64,000 nt of DNA from Blasia pusilla (lineage: Eukaryota): the NCBI GenBank assembly GCA_050084515.1, contig CM114271.1:20832001-20896000 (forward strand). Direction: 5' to 3'. A model generated the notes under the pieces. The model was not told the origin of the DNA and did not search any database. It saw nothing but the letters and a program-made list of their open reading frames with translations. The position numbers were made by a program, and so were the translations under genes. This document shows, piece by piece, positions 12,501 through 25,163 of the stretch; within the stretch, counting starts at the first letter, position 1; the number at the start of each line of letters is the position of its first letter.

Positions 12501-15500
12501 GATAGGTTGCAACTCCAGACTTCTGAAATGGAGAGCTCTTGCCCCCGCTGAATTACATATCATGGATAGAGGAAAAAGAAATGCCAAATCTGATCTGACG
12601 AGATAGAAATCGCTCTTCCTCCCTGAAAAATTGTTGCGTGGTGCAGACAACTATAGCAACACAAGCAAATAGTCCCCCTCACACGCAGAGCCCAAAAGGT
12701 TAGAGCATTGTTGAACGTGCTTTCTTACTCATCACCAAACAAAGAATTCAAGTTCGACATGCGTCACGATGCTGCAACACGTAGATTGCGATGAAGAAAG
12801 CAGCACGGAGTAGCAAATTTCTCTCGCCGTGATCCTCTGCACACATCGTCGACGTCATTGATTTCCACATCCCTTCTCTCCCCTCTCTCCCATCCCTTTG
12901 CGCTCCTTCCCAACACTCCATTCCCCCCTCTGACCCTTGAAAAATATAACAATCCCTTAATCCCATGCGCAACCATAGCTCTCAGAGAAACACTCAAATC
13001 TGACCTTCCAAAGTGAATTGGTTCCGTAGGGTTTACAATATCTACCTTGCAATCCCGCCACTCGACAAACATGCACTTGATCTGCCACCAAGAGAAGGCA
13101 ATGTCAATTTCTACGATCGATACCTTGCGGCCTCTCCATAGCCTCACACCTCCAAATCGGCGCCAGCACCAGGAGTACCACCAACAACAACGACGACTCT
13201 CCTTGTGGAAGCTTTCTCTTTGGTCAAAGACGATACGCAAACCAGAAGTGTATTTTGGAACTGATTGACTGATTCTTTTCCCTTGCCTTCAATTTGCACG
13301 CTTTCGGCATGAGGTTCTCATCACCAACATAGTAGCAACAACTTCAAAGCTCGACACTAGTGCAGACCTTGTCCTTGGCCTACAAGCTCGATCTGCCATC
13401 ACCATTCCCTCGCTTTCTCACTATTGTAGGGTTCAAGAAACATGGAATGCGGGAATGTCGAGGGTCTAAGCCCTGCGGAAACACAAAGGAGAAAAATTGA
13501 ACCCGAAGTGCCCGGTCTGACACCACAAGCCACATAGGATAAAATATGCCACATCAACTTAGGATGTTACAAGCAATGCCACGTAGGATCCACCTTGCTA
13601 CAAGAGAGCCCTTTCACAATGAGGATGGGCAACCAAAGTTATCTAGTTTTCACCCTCAACATCAAATCGGCCAAATCGACTTGGTTACAATCGGAGGTAA
13701 GAAATATGCACCCTAGTGTTCTATCGCATCGTCCATCGGCAAACAGATGTGAACCCTTTCCTCATGTGTGTCGTGGCATACATGGGTCTCCGTGCGTTGA
13801 GTATTTAAGATACCAATCATAAACACCTTCCCTTTTTTGTGAACCATTTACCCTAACAACTCTAAAGTCAGAGCCCTACTCCAAGACACATCATTTTCTC
13901 CCCCCCATCAAAGCCTTCCTCCTCCTTGTTGACACCACCTTTTCTCACCTTCACCCTCACCAAGGGTTCCAAAAGATAGGAAAATTTTCCCATAGGGGAA
14001 CCCCAACACCAAAAACACAGAGAAAAGAAAAAAACTTGAAATTTCCACTCCCACATGGATTTAAAAATCCTAAACCCCAAAAGAGGTGTTTCATTTTTGG
14101 GGCAAGTATGAAGGTTTAAAATGCAGATCGGAACCTTTGAAGTAGTGCCACAAATTGATCCCCAGGTTCCTACCAAGTTTGATCTCCATCCAATGGTGGT
14201 ATGGAAAGATAGCTCCATGTCAACGTGAAAATTACGCAAGGATTTTAAACTATCATACTCAAAGCCTTCCTCCTCCTTGTTGACACCACCTTTTATCACC
14301 TCCACCCTCACTAACGGTTTCAAAAAATGGGAAAATTTCCCCATAGGGGCACCCCAACACCAAGAACAAAGAAGAAAAGAAAAAACTTCAAATGACGACT
14401 CCCACATGGATTTAAAAATCCTAAACCCCAAAAGAGGTGTTTCATTTTTGGGGCAAGCATGAAGGTTTAAAAAGCCGATCGAAACTGTTGAAGTAGTGCC
14501 ACAAATTGATCCCAAGGTTTTGCCAAGTTCGATCCCCATCCAATGGTGGGATGGAAAGATAGCTCCAAGTTAACATGAAAATTACACAAGGACTTTAAAC
14601 AATTGTACTCAAAGCCTTCCTCCTCCATGTTGACACCACCTTTTATCACCTCCACCCTCACCAGGGGTTCCAAAAAGTGGGAAAATTTTCCCACAAGGGC
14701 ACCCCAACACCAAGAACAAAGGAGAAAAGAAAAAACTTCAAATAACGACTCCCCAATGGATTTATAAATCCTAAACCCCAAAAGAGGTGTTTCATTTTTG
14801 GGGCAAGTATGAAGGTTAAAAAGCATATCAGAACCGTTGAAGTAGTGCCACTACTTCATCTGCAAGTTCATGCCAAGTTTGATCCCCATCGAATGGTGGG
14901 ATGGAAAGATAGCTCCATGTTAACGTGAAAATTACACAAGGACTTTAAACAATCGTACTCAAAGCCTTCCTCCTCCTTGTTGACACCACCTTTTATCACC
15001 TCCACCCTCACCAAGGGTTCCAAAAAATGGGAAAATTTTCCCACAAGAGCACCCCAACATCAAGAACAAAGGAGAAAAGAAAAAACTTCAAATGACGACT
15101 CCCACATGGATTTATAAATCCTAAACCCCAAAAGAGGTGTTTCATTTTTAGGGCAAGCAAGAAGGTTTAAAAAGCCAATCGGAACCGTTGAATTAGTGCC
15201 ACAAATTGATCCCAAGGTTCTGCCAAGTTTGATCTCCATCCAATGGTGGGATGGAAAGATAGCTCCATGTTAACATGAAAATTACACAAGGACTTTAAAC
15301 AATCATACTCAAAGCCTTCCTCCTCCTAGTTGACACCGCCTTTTAACACCTCCATCCTCACCAAGGGTTCCAAAAAATGGGAAACTTTGCCCACAAGGGC
15401 ACCCAAATACCAAGAACAAAGGAGAAAAGAAGAAACTTCAAATAAAGACTCCCACATGGATTTAAAAATCTTAAACCCCAAAAGAGTTTTTCATTTTTGG

Positions 15501-16686
15501 AGCAAGCATGAAGATTTAAAAACCTAATCGGAACTGTGGAAGTAGTGCCAAAATTTGATCCCAAGGCTCCCGTCAAGTTTGATCCCCATCCAATGGTGGG
15601 ATGGAAAGATAGCTCCATGTTAACGTGAAAATTACACAAGGAATTTAAACAATCGCACTCAAAGCCTTCCTCCTCCTTGTTGACACCATCTTTTATCACT
15701 TCCACCCTCACCAAGGGTTCCAAAATATGGGAAACTTTTCCCAAAGGGGCACTCCAACACGAGGAACATAGGAGAAAAGAAAAAACTTGAAATGTCCACT
15801 CCCACATGGATTTAAAAATCGCAAACCCCAAAAGAGGTGTTTCATTTTTTGGGGGCAAGCATGAAGGTTTAAAAAGCAGATCGGAACCGTTGAAGTAGTG
15901 CCACAAAACAATCCCCACGTTTCTGCCAAGTTTGATCCCATCCAATGGTGGGATGGAAGATAGCTTCATGTTAACATGAAAATTACACAAGGACTTTAAA
16001 CTATCGTACTCAAAGCCTTCCTCCTCCTTGTTGACACCACCTTTTATCACCTCCACCCTCACCAAGGGTTCCAAAAAATAGGAAAATTTTCCAAGAGGGA
16101 TACCTTTACACCATGAACTCTGGGAGAAAGAAAAACTTGAAATGACAACTCTGACATGGATTTAAAAATCTTAAATTCCAAAAGAGGTGTTTCATTTGTT
16201 TGGCAAGCATGAAGTGGTAAAAAGCAGATCGGAACCGTTGAAGTAATGCCAAGAACTAGTCCCCAAGTTCTTACCAAGTTCGATCCCCATCGAATGGTGG
16301 GATGAAAAGATAGCTCTATGTTAACATGAAAATGGCACAAAGACTTCAAATAATCCTTCCCAAAATTGGAGCATGAAGTCATTTAAACATATGAGTATTT
16401 TTTTATGACTTATCTTTACTGGGTGAGTGAAACATGCATGACTCATCTTGACTAAAGAGTATTGATAACTACGTTTGTTATAAGCAGATGACATAGTGAG
16501 TTGTGCGACCCTAAATTTTACGACTAGACCATTTAAGTCATTATTTGAGTCATTCTTTCAATGAGTCATTTAAAGTCTAGTCATAAAAACCCATTTCTTC
16601 TAGTCACCCAAAGTAAAGTCTCTAGGCCTCAATGCACTAGTTTTTATGACTAGACTTTAAAAGGGAGACACCCATTTCATCTAGTG
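9543..16686. mobile_element. Probable CACTA (En/Spm) DNA transposon, right portion; no transposase recognised
   Basis: Ends ...CCCATTTCATCTAGTG (reverse complement CACTAGATGAAATGGG); clustered TGACT/AGTCA subterminal motifs at 16375-16600; internal tandem array; abuts mid-gag of a Gypsy at 16687. Left boundary not seen. Confidence 0.6.
13908..16355. repeat. Tandem array, ~7 units of 350 bp
   Basis: TCAAAGCCTTCCTCCTCC recurs at 13908, 14259, 14609, 14959, 15309, 15659 and 16010. Confidence 0.97.
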
Positions 16687-16712
16687 CATTGAGGCCTAGA
16701 GACTTTACTTTG
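16609..16712. repeat. Perfect 32 bp inverted repeat with 40 bp spacer
   Basis: 16609-16640 is the exact reverse complement of 16681-16712. Confidence 0.95.
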
Positions 16713-17353
16713 ACTCGCATTATATATGAAGGACTAAGCCATTTCCAAATGAAGAGGAAGAGCTAAAGGAGGCTATTTCCTCTACCACTAGTGAGACTCA
16801 CGAAGGGGTGAGTAGGATTGGAGAAATTACATGATCTAGTCGAGTTTATCCTAGGTTGAACCTCGTGATTGAGTTCTTTGTGGAATTGCAAAGGAACTAC
16901 CAAGGGGTGCAGACGAAGAAGTTGTAGAGCATCCATGACTTCCATACGCACGTAGGGAAGAGTTGGCGATAAGCAATTACTTGCTTTCATTGGTTGATTA
17001 ATGTCACTCAAGGGGTGACGGAAGCTTATGCCATTTAAGCATTATATGGGATATCAGAGTGTGAGCTATGGAGACGGATGGGGGATGCGACCCTTTTGTA
17101 TCGCACTGCATCTACATTGAATTGAGAGATATGTTTGAGATGCCTTAGAGCGTTGATTACAACATGGCCAAGGCGAATGTAGCAATTATGAGTTACGCGC
17201 AAGAGATGCCATGAGTGTCTGCACTACTAGTGCATCAATGGGTATCTTGAAAGAGGCACCGCAAGCCTAGGGAGGTTACTAAGAGCATATTCCACATCAA
17301 CTTATGCAATCCTATACAAGTCAACAGCAATCAAAAGTTGCTTATTGGGTATG

Positions 17354-18530
17354 TGATGGAGCCCATCCAAGAGTGTCCCAGTGTGAACATTGTCAACGTT
17401 ATCGTGTAATAATATGATCCAATATGTATATTCCTCTTATCAGTATTAGAGAGAGTTTATAAATATGAAGTAAATTAGCCTAGGAAAAATAATTTTTCAT
17501 GTTTAAACCTCCTTATGGTGCCTCATATAAGGATATTTTGGAGGAAATAACAAATAATCTACTTGTGTCAAAATGGGATTGGCTAAGTCTTAAGATAAAA
17601 CCATGTGGCATAATATAAGATTTTCCCTAGTGTTTAATTTTGTGGATCCTTTGTGAGTATATAAAGAGGAGGGACCTTTAAGGGTTCATCACCTTCAACT
17701 TCATTTCTCAAATTTCTCTTGTCACTCTTGAGTGGATGGCATTGGGCTTGCTTGCTCTTCCAATGAGAGTGGATTTCCCCTCGTGGGAGAGCCACTTGAC
17801 CATGGTATATTCTTTGAGAGTTTTCCAGAGTCTGATGTATGTAAAGATGGTTCTTTAGAGAGACTTGTCATCTTAGGGGAGTTCTTGTCATTTTAGGGAT
17901 ATTGGATGGATTTTGGCTTGTTATTTTTCTCATGAGAGTGGATTACCCTTCTTGGGAGAGCAACTCCATCAAAACCCATTCTTGAGAAGAATAGAGGATG
18001 TCCGTCAATCATAAATAGGGATGGAGCGCGAGTCGTACCCGATTTCCCTTTTCTTAACCCATACCACTTAAAGGTTCTCTTTGTTGATAGGCACTAGTTT
18101 ACTCATTATCTAATCTACCACTTTGGAGAGGCATTCATGAACCAGCTCATGCAATCACCAATTTTGGTGATATTTCCTATTATTACGTACAAAAGGACTT
18201 GGGATTGTACTTTTTATGTCCTTATATAGCGATCTATGGATGTAAATAGTTCTGTTTGAGTTGGATTTAACACCAATTGTGTCATTTTCTTATGTACAAG
18301 CATAAAATAGTTTATCAGGACTTCATAGTTAGGAATTTCGTTGTTAGATGTTATGAAGAAGTTATCGCCTTGGCATTACCATTCATCATTCCTATCGTGA
18401 GAGAATGGAGAGTGTATATAGTGATTCTGTACTAAATAGGAGAACTTATTAGAGAATTCACTTTGCATCAATAATTTTCGCAGCTAGAAGATCCACCCTT
18501 ACTCAAAGCAAAGCTCTCGCCACGACAACA
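17354..18530 (+). mobile_element. Solo LTR (1177 bp) with 5 bp TSD GTATG
   Basis: TG...CA ends; GTATG at 17349-17353 and 18531-18535; TATA-like TATATAAA near 17658; removing it restores the gag zinc-knuckle frame GYDHIRARCFSLH. Confidence 0.85.
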
Positions 18531-19209
18531 GTATGATCATATACGCGCTAGGTGTTTTAGCCTACATCTTAAGCTACTTTCGAATCGAGTGCTAGAGAGG
18601 ATACTAGAGTTCTAGGTGGGGCTAGAGGTCATGCACAAGGTAGTCTCGTAAGAGGATGAGGAGTTAGATATGCCCATGAGGGAGGTAGGTAGGTATGCCC
18701 ATGGAGGAGGTAGAGATCTGCCACTTAGACAAGTCAAGAGGGACTCTAGCTGTGAGGCTAGGATGGTTGCTCAGATAGAGAAGTTGCAAAAATAGATTTT
18801 TTTAAATGGCATTGAGGTAGTCCGATGTTGCATTAGTGGCCTCAACCTCATATAGAGTAGTCATGGATCAAGACGATCTTAATTGGATGTGCGGGGCTAC
18901 ATAGATAGAGGTGGAAATTATTGATATCCGTGGTACAGTCATAGATTTTTTAATCCACATAGAGGGGAAGCCACAAAACAAACCATTCTTCCTCAATCAT
19001 TAACTTTGTTCGAGGAAATGAGACCCATCGATAGGTCGTGATCAGAGTTTTCAGAGGTTGGATTTTGTTGGTGTGCAGGCACGACCGATGATGGGAGAAG
19101 TGAACACGACTACTCTTATTATTGATGCTTGGAAGGAGCTTATGTCAAGTATGTTGTTGGGGACGGCCACTGTCACTAACCATGTGTACCCCATGGTTTA
19201 GTAGGGAAT

Positions 19210-20260
19210 GCTATAATGTTGCCCTTGGACACCACACCAATTGTATGGCGCATACTATAGGGGGTATCAGAGTGTTGGATCCCTTGGAGGGATTAGCACT
19301 TGTTTGGATGCTACATTACACTCAAGAGTGTGTGTTCATTTGTATTTATATGTGGAGTGTGATGATGTTGCAAGGCGCATTTCACTCAGACATTTGGCGC
19401 AGTTATGCCTTCATTTTCCTTATTTGTTACCCATATCAACCGTCTTGGATTGCCAAAATCCCTTATCAAGGGATGTTTCCTTGTTGGAGGTGGAGGACTT
19501 GGATCACAAGGGGACCATTGATTTGGTCATTGACTCATTGTAGGTCAACCATGTCACGGTCAATTGAGTGTTGGATGCGATGGCCATGGTAGTTTAGCTA
19601 ACTCTCAATCCAGGTTATTTTGGGAGATGATGAAGGTCTTGCAATACTTGGAGGAGCAATTCTCTTGATCTCCAACTTACATTCTTGAGAATATACCAAT
19701 CTTGGATGATTCTTGGACACGAGTTATGACAAGTGCACATCAAATTCATGCTTAGATTGCCCCAATAGTGTTTTTGGATGTAGCAAGTGTAGATTCACGA
19801 GCACATCATTCGCGTCTTTGGTGGACCAACTTGGTGCCACACAAGGTTTTGAGAAGGGCATATGCCAAAGTGGATCGTCCCTCCCATTTTTTGGAGGATT
19901 ATATTTTGGATCTGGGACGTTGATCACAAGCAATGAGCCACAATGATCGACCTCCATTGAAAATGGACAACAAGGACAGCATGCCATATGCATCCTTTCC
20001 CACTTTTTTGAGTTTCCCCGTTATTCTATTCTTATAAGGAGGCCGATCGATTCTTGGTTTGGAATGACCAAACACAATGGTTGGTAGAGCCTAACACTAA
20101 TGTGCGAGGGCGTGCAATGAGGTTCTCCGTAAGAGTGACAACAATATGATTACTATCAAAGGGATCTTTATATTATATTTTGGGTCAGGCGATGGACCTA
20201 AATTTCTTGACATGGATTCTCATCCTGAGAGTAGTTAAGCAACGTCGGATGTGTTTGCCA
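19210..20260 (+). pseudogene. C5-cytosine DNA methyltransferase domain within Gypsy pol (decayed)
   Basis: With frameshifts: VLD.GGIST (I), DLVI..GQPCHG (IV), PTYILENIP (VI), LDVASVDSRAHHSRLWWTNL (VIII), EPN..RGRAMRF (IX), ILGQAMD (X). Confidence 0.85.
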
Positions 20261-22533
20261 TATATCACCTTCGTTGCACTTGTTAGCCTCGTGCCTATTG
20301 AGACCATGCAGGTAGTGGCTGGGGGTGAGATTCGAGGAGATAGGCTATGCTAGTCGCTTGAACAACGTAACAAAGGCAAAGTATAGCTCGTATGAGGGTG
20401 GGTGAGTGGCTGCAATATGGATTGTCGTGCATTTTAAGGTGTTAGTGATTTGGAAACCACTTAACCATTATTACTGATCATCAACCACTTAAGTGGTTGA
20501 TAGAGTTTGACAAGCTTACAAATAAGCTTGCTATCTGGGCTCTATTGTTGCAAGAGTATGGAATTGTATGATTTCCCGGTGGTCAAGAGACTTGTGATGA
20601 TCAACCAAGATACGGATGGATTGAGTTGCAACCTATAATCGAGTCAATGAGATGAGACTAGAGCTCGTTGGCATGAAGAGAGTGATGAGGAGATGATGCA
20701 CGGTTGGCATGCGCCAGCCTATTTGGATTTATTGGCCATAGTGTTGGGACTTCAATGACAAGTTCCGATATCGATGGAGAATCCTTAGATCTAGAGGTAG
20801 GTGAGGAAGAAAAAAGTGATTGAGATATCCACGAGGATGGGGTAGCATTGGAGTACTTGCAACCTGGCATCATTGGGAGCACAGCGGGTGCTAGAGAGTA
20901 GGATCAGATTCTACATCAAGGTGGGAGAGGACACATGTCTTATGAGTTTAGGAGGATGATAGAGTACAAATAGTATGTGCCTTATCCTACGCATATATCA
21001 TGATTGGTATAGCATATTCGTGAGGAGTTTGGACACATTGGAGAAAAGTTAATATATTGCTTGCTTCAGATACAATATTGGTGGTGACGCATGGAAACTC
21101 ACGTATAGGAGTTTGTTGCCAGATGGATGGTGTCTAATGGAGTCCGAGCATTCTTCAATAGTCTGACATCATAGTTGCATCCATTACCAATCATGGGCTT
21201 AGGCTATATATGGAGTTTGGATTTTGCAGGGCCTTTACCTTTGACAAAGCGTCATACTCAGTCTATGTTGGTATGGTCGAGTACATCTTGAAATAGATAG
21301 AGTTTGTTGCATTTCTTTGACAAAGTGAGAAAGGGAGTAGTGTACGCATTCCTAGATTGAGTGTTGATTCACGATGGTGCATCACTTAAGGTGTTGATTG
21401 ACCGAAGTACAGATTTTTGTGAGGAGTTTGAGGTCTTGTGTGATCATGCACCGATCGACCACCACACTACTTCTTGAGATTATCCTACGATGGATGGATA
21501 AGGGGGCAAAGTTGTTCAAACGACAAAGGAGGGTTAGTGCAAGTATAGCTTATAGAGAGATCACCTAGGAGATTGGGACTCATAGTTCGCAATGGGATAT
21601 AGATTCAATAGCCATACATCATTAGTATCCTTCTCGCCTTATTTGTTGCTTTATAGCCGAGAGATTGATTCACCTATGGGCATTTGTCATGATATTGGTG
21701 AGGTGTTGAACCTTGATGATCCTAACGTAAGGATGAGAGCATATTCTCAAAGGGTTGAGTTATTTCCGAAAGTTTTGCCCATGGCGTTTGAGAACTTATC
21801 TATTGCATGACAATCGGATATGTTGAAATATGCAACTATTGGAGGAGATGGTTATCAATCAATAATCTAGAGGTTTCATCAGAAAGATTATGTCTACTTG
21901 GAGCATACAGTACTTATGACGTTGGATATAACAACAAAGCGCACCATCTTGAAAATGCATGAGTTGTTGCCATCCGATATTCTCTTATTGGAGGGACATG
22001 ATGGTATGGTTTGGAAAGACCACATGCAAAATTGCACGTCATGTCACCTTCCTAAAATTGATAATATAGTTGGTCGAAGTTTAGCAATAGTTCTTGCAGG
22101 CTTGTATTTTATGTTGTGTGGATTTTCCCGCAATTTAGCTTCTATGTTAGGATCAAAGGACATCCTCGGTCAAGGGTGGCCTATTAAAGTCCTTGATAAT
22201 CTAAGAGAGCATGTTTCCCCCTTTTTGGATAATTTGGAGTTATATTAAGGAATTTACTATTTCGTAGAAGTTACTATTATGAGCATGGTTGAATTTCCAT
22301 TTTGGGAAGTGGCCTTGACCCCCTATAAGCACAAATTACTGTGGGGAGAGCTTAGGAGAGTAAAGGGTTATACCCAAAGAGAGGGAGCTTTGGAGCTCAT
22401 TCTTTCTTTATTAAACTTGTTGGCTTGAGGGAAAAAAACTATGGTGCTCCTTGCTTTATGAGTATCCAATCCTCTTATTAGTAGAGAGGATTTGGTTTGA
22501 CATGAGAGAGAGATGTGGAGATTATGTGCACCA

Positions 22534-22935
22534 TTGGAGTGATCTTGATTTAATTAGAGATATTTTGGTACACAATCACCTCTATATGTTGTACAGCAAT
22601 GTTTATGCGCACGGAAATTCTATTCCGTTATGGGATGAGATATATCTATCTGACATAATTCTTGAACACTAGCTTATCATCATGACTACCTCCACATTAC
22701 TTATGCTTGAAAATTGGAGCACCAATCATCCTTTTATAGAACATGAATGGATCAAAAGGACAAGCAAATGACATTCACTTGGTCATTCATGGGTTTCATG
22801 CAATATATTATAGATGGAAAAAATATTATATGCAAGAATATTGGAGATCAATTTTTAATCCCCGTATTCCACTAATTGCTTCTGACTCTAATTTAACATT
22901 TGATTTATGTCAATTAAATGTAACATTGTCTAGAA
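22534..22935 (+). pseudogene. Helitron PIF1-like helicase remnant
   Basis: LPPHYLCLKIGAPIILL*NMNGSKGQAN and PRIPLIASDSNLTF match the helicase at 31850-32430 (-). Confidence 0.8.
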
Positions 22936-24869
22936 TAGAATCAAACTTTTATGTCCTATTCACAACGGACATCGATTGGTTCCCCCTAGCCAAAGAGATG
23001 AATGGGGTTATGGGGGAGAGGTTTGACTCGCTCCTTATGGATTGCGCCTATCATCTCTTGACAAGAAATGGGTTTTCATTGGCTAGTTCCATTCTTTGTT
23101 ATAGCCAACGGATCTCCATAGCTTTGGATCATGCTCAAGCCAATGTGCTTTCGTGACGGGCTCAAATTGTGAAAAACAACGGCACTAGATGGCCACTTAG
23201 CGGTGGTAATGTCTCTTTAGGTGTTGCTAATATTGTCTCTCCTATTGATGAGTTTAGTAGGTAGAAGATAACCCCCTCTTTTTTCAATCTTCATTTACTC
23301 CATTTTTAAACCCCTTTTCTTATTCTAAATGTATTTGAAGTCTCTTTCCCCGATGTGATCGAAGGGAGACAGCCACCCGCGACTCATGAAATGCCAAAAT
23401 CCTCCACTTTTGCACCCGGCAAGTTTGCCAGAATGGATATGAACTCGAAAGAGTGCAATGCCGGTATTTTGCACGTCACGAGGGAACAGGAAACACCACT
23501 CTACGGGTGTAGAATATACCAATGAATCGACTCTAGATTTGTCCGGCTAGAATCGGGGTTATGTCTCGACCTACCAGGTTCAAATAGCAAATTTCCGCTT
23601 TCATTTTTTCGACACCGAAACGGCCGAAACTGACGGAAAATATGGGATCCCTTTGTATTTATAGTCACATGGCCGACCGGGATTCAGAAAACTTGGAAAA
23701 TTATCGTCTGCCTTTATAAATACCGGTTCTTTGCAAAACACTAAACGGAAGTTGCTCTACATAAGATTCATTATGAGATCTATGCTATAGAGAACATGCA
23801 AAGGAGTGAAAGAAATCCAGATCGCAACTAACAGCGAAAATCTGGTCTCCTTGCGATCAAAAAAGAGACAGACAGGGACTAACTTTGTCTGGCCTTTATC
23901 GAGAAGTGATCGCAAAAGCAGATGAGGACAGGCCGAGGCAACAGCGGTTCACGATTTCAACCGTCTTTCTCCCTGTAGAGTCCCTTTCCCTTTCCCTCAC
24001 ATGCGCTCCACTGACCGTCTTCTTTCCTTGTTCTTTTGCAGCAGCACCGCACCGCACCTCAGCTTTGTTTTGCTCTGACCCCGCTATCCCGCGGCGGTCG
24101 TCGGACGGCAAGCAGGTCTGATCTTCGAAGGTTTAGTTAGGGCTGTCTGTCACTGCAACAATCCTTGTCCACAACCGCTAGCAGCGCAAAGAGCGAGCGA
24201 GAACGACAGCGCGATGCGTCGAGGGAATTTGCTTTCCAAGATCTCGTGGACCCCAACCGAATTCGCCATGGCCCAAAGCATTGGAATGTACATTTCCCCT
24301 GGGTGGCGAGTCTAGCTCGCCAGCTAGCAAGATCACGACCCAGCTACCTGTAGCCGCTGCTTTGATGCAAGAAAAAACGCCTCTGCGCTCATAAATTCCG
24401 CCCCCTCCTTATTGCTCGCTCTGCACTGGATAGACTTGTCTCTTTTCCATCTCTCCTGAAAAGAACTGCGAGCCGCATGGAAAATGATGACATTCCGTCA
24501 CTCTACGATGGCGTTGGATTTTTACGGTCGCGCCCCAGCCCCGAGTAAAGGCTCCCTCGAGAGAGAGAGGAGTCCCAAACGCGAACAAGGAAGGAAGGTG
24601 CTATGTGTCGCGCATCGGCGGCAGCAGCGGCGGTAGGGCAGCAGCCTGGAAAAAGAAAAAAGATCCGATATAAAGTCATACGCGGGGAATCAGCTCTACA
24701 GGAGTACCATAGTCCTTTCCAGTCTTTTGTGTACTGTACTGGGTCAGACTGGCGGACTGTGCGCAGGATACGGAGGCGAGAGGAGAGTCCGTCGATGTCG
24801 AGATCGGACGGGCCACTTGAGTGCGTGTGCGCTCGCTATCACGGAACCTACGTTCGCACGAGGTTGTAT

Positions 24870-24880
24870 TTAGGGTTTCG
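24870..24880 (-). promoter_or_regulatory. Telo-box (AAACCCTAA) in a GC-rich putative promoter
   Basis: Plus strand TTAGGGTTT, adjacent to GGG-rich repeats at 24933-24990; associated gene not identified. Confidence 0.35.
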
Positions 24881-25081
24881 GGCGAAGTACTGTATTGTAC
24901 AGCGCTGGGAGCGTGGGAGCGCACCCACCCCCGGGGTTGGGTTGGGTCGGGTCGGGTTGGGTAGGGCGAACGGGCGGCCGGGCGGGAGGGACCGCGCTCA
25001 ATTGAACCGCCCCTTGTCGCAATTGAATCGGTGCGGGCTCCGTCCGCCAGCGGGCGACGAGGATACAGTTATGCGGCCATC

Positions 25082-25163
25082 AATGCCTCGCTTAACTGCA
25101 GCGAGAGAACGAGGATGGAGTGAATGCGGCGATTAACTGCAGCGGACGAACGAGGATGGAGTG
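25082..25163. repeat. 41 bp imperfect tandem duplication
   Basis: TTAACTGCAGCG...GAACGAGGATGGAGTG at 25092 and 25133. Confidence 0.85.

Larger units (their letters stand above)
16687..22533 (+). mobile_element. Decayed Ty3/Gypsy element carrying a DNMT domain (copy C): gag, DNMT, RNase H, INT and partial 3' LTR; RT deleted
   Basis: gag (IEFFVELQRNYQG) at ~16860; DNMT motifs at 19270-20220; RNase H (KYSSYEG, ITDHQPLKWL) at 20345-20560; INT (WSLDFAGPLP, MAFENLSIA) at 21000-22100; 22290-22533 is homologous to the LTR-like region 60390-60680 (-). Confidence 0.88.

Noticed and set aside
13868-16382. ORFs of 100-240 aa in the 350 bp array; possible CRISPR-like array
   Set aside because: Unit length is not a multiple of 3, so the frames are artefacts; units are contiguous with no unique spacers, and the context is eukaryotic.
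24484-24600. C-box-like ATGATGA (snoRNA)
   Set aside because: No D box or terminal stem found at a suitable distance.
24603-25136. 177 aa plus-strand ORF
   Set aside because: GC-rich low-complexity frame across promoter-like repeats; no recognisable domain.
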